DNA of 64,000 nucleotides from Alphaproteobacteria bacterium (GTDB lineage Bacteria; Desulfobacterota; Binatia; UBA12015): NCBI GenBank assembly GCA_017853315.1, contig JAFMJW010000002.1, positions 8,818 to 72,817 of the forward strand, read 5' to 3'. Shown piece by piece: positions 63,895 to 64,000 of this stretch (position 1 is its first letter; each line of letters starts with the position of its first letter). The notes under the pieces were generated by a model. It saw only the letters and a program-made list of their open reading frames with translations, ran no database searches and was not told where the DNA came from. The position numbers and the translations under genes were made by a program.

Positions 63895-64000
63895 GCGAAC
63901 CACCGCGCGATCTCGTCGCCGGAGCGGCGCCGCCGCGCCTGGATCGTCGCCCGCTGAGCGCGCGCGCGCGGCCACAGTCGCGCCAGGTCGGCGAAGGCCG
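63891..64000 (-). CDS. 3' end of an unidentified gene cut by the window edge
   Basis: Open frame ...AFADLARLWPRARAQRATIQARRRRSGDEIARWFA* stops at 63891-63893. It is too short to identify. Confidence 0.25.
   Translation of the reverse strand, partial: AFADLARLWPRARAQRATIQARRRRSGDEIARWFA

Noticed and set aside
1-64000. Search for mobile elements, prophage genes, tRNA/rRNA genes and CRISPR arrays
   Set aside because: No transposase, integrase, recombinase or phage structural motifs were recognised in any credible frame. No terminal inverted repeats flank a cargo. The intergenic spacers are short (mostly under 200 bp) and show no tRNA-like cloverleaf candidates by eye. Absence is based on manual inspection only.

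Overview
Very GC-rich bacterial chromosomal segment (by eye well above 65% G+C, with strong G/C preference at codon position 3). It is densely coding on both strands, with about 50 genes. I recognised no rRNA, tRNA, CRISPR array, transposase, integrase or phage gene. The base composition fills the six-frame track with very long stop-free antisense or out-of-frame ORFs. I therefore called genes only where the translation carries recognisable family motifs, and reset starts accordingly. All family assignments come from motif recognition by eye, with no searches run. Content from left to right: (1) a recD / SbcD-like nuclease / SbcC-like ATPase repair operon. (2) A decayed haloalkane-dehalogenase relic. 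(3) A carbamoyltransferase cluster with two membrane-anchored SGNH esterase paralogs, SxtJ/SxtK-like membrane pieces and a CmoB-like methyltransferase. (4) A long lipid/acyl-CoA block: DUF1329-like protein, thioesterase, four AMP-ligases, two thiolases, DUF35, enoyl-CoA hydratase, esterase, SDRs, and PlsB facing a HAD-PlsC fusion. (5) A four-gene envelope operon: large secreted protein, third SGNH paralog, HCCA-isomerase-like protein, lipoprotein. (6) cstA. (7) An H-NOX / H-NOXA-PAS-PAS histidine kinase / NarL-type regulator / DedA operon. (8) Two adjacent very large secreted proteins built from eukaryote-like modules: PLC-like domain, C-type lectin, four bulb-type lectins, an alpha/beta hydrolase, up to 12 tandem disintegrin-like Cys repeats and TSP3-like repeats. 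(9) The start of a polysaccharide locus: SDRs, glycosyltransferase, ABC-2 exporter. The Cys-rich repeat type and overall content suggest a Myxococcota-like or related high-GC organism; this is a guess. The best candidates for something new are the lectin/disintegrin-armed hydrolase pair (52.5-59.2 kb), the split sGC-like H-NOX signalling operon (41.9-45.7 kb) and the carbamoyltransferase/SGNH/SxtJK-like cluster (7.7-13.9 kb).
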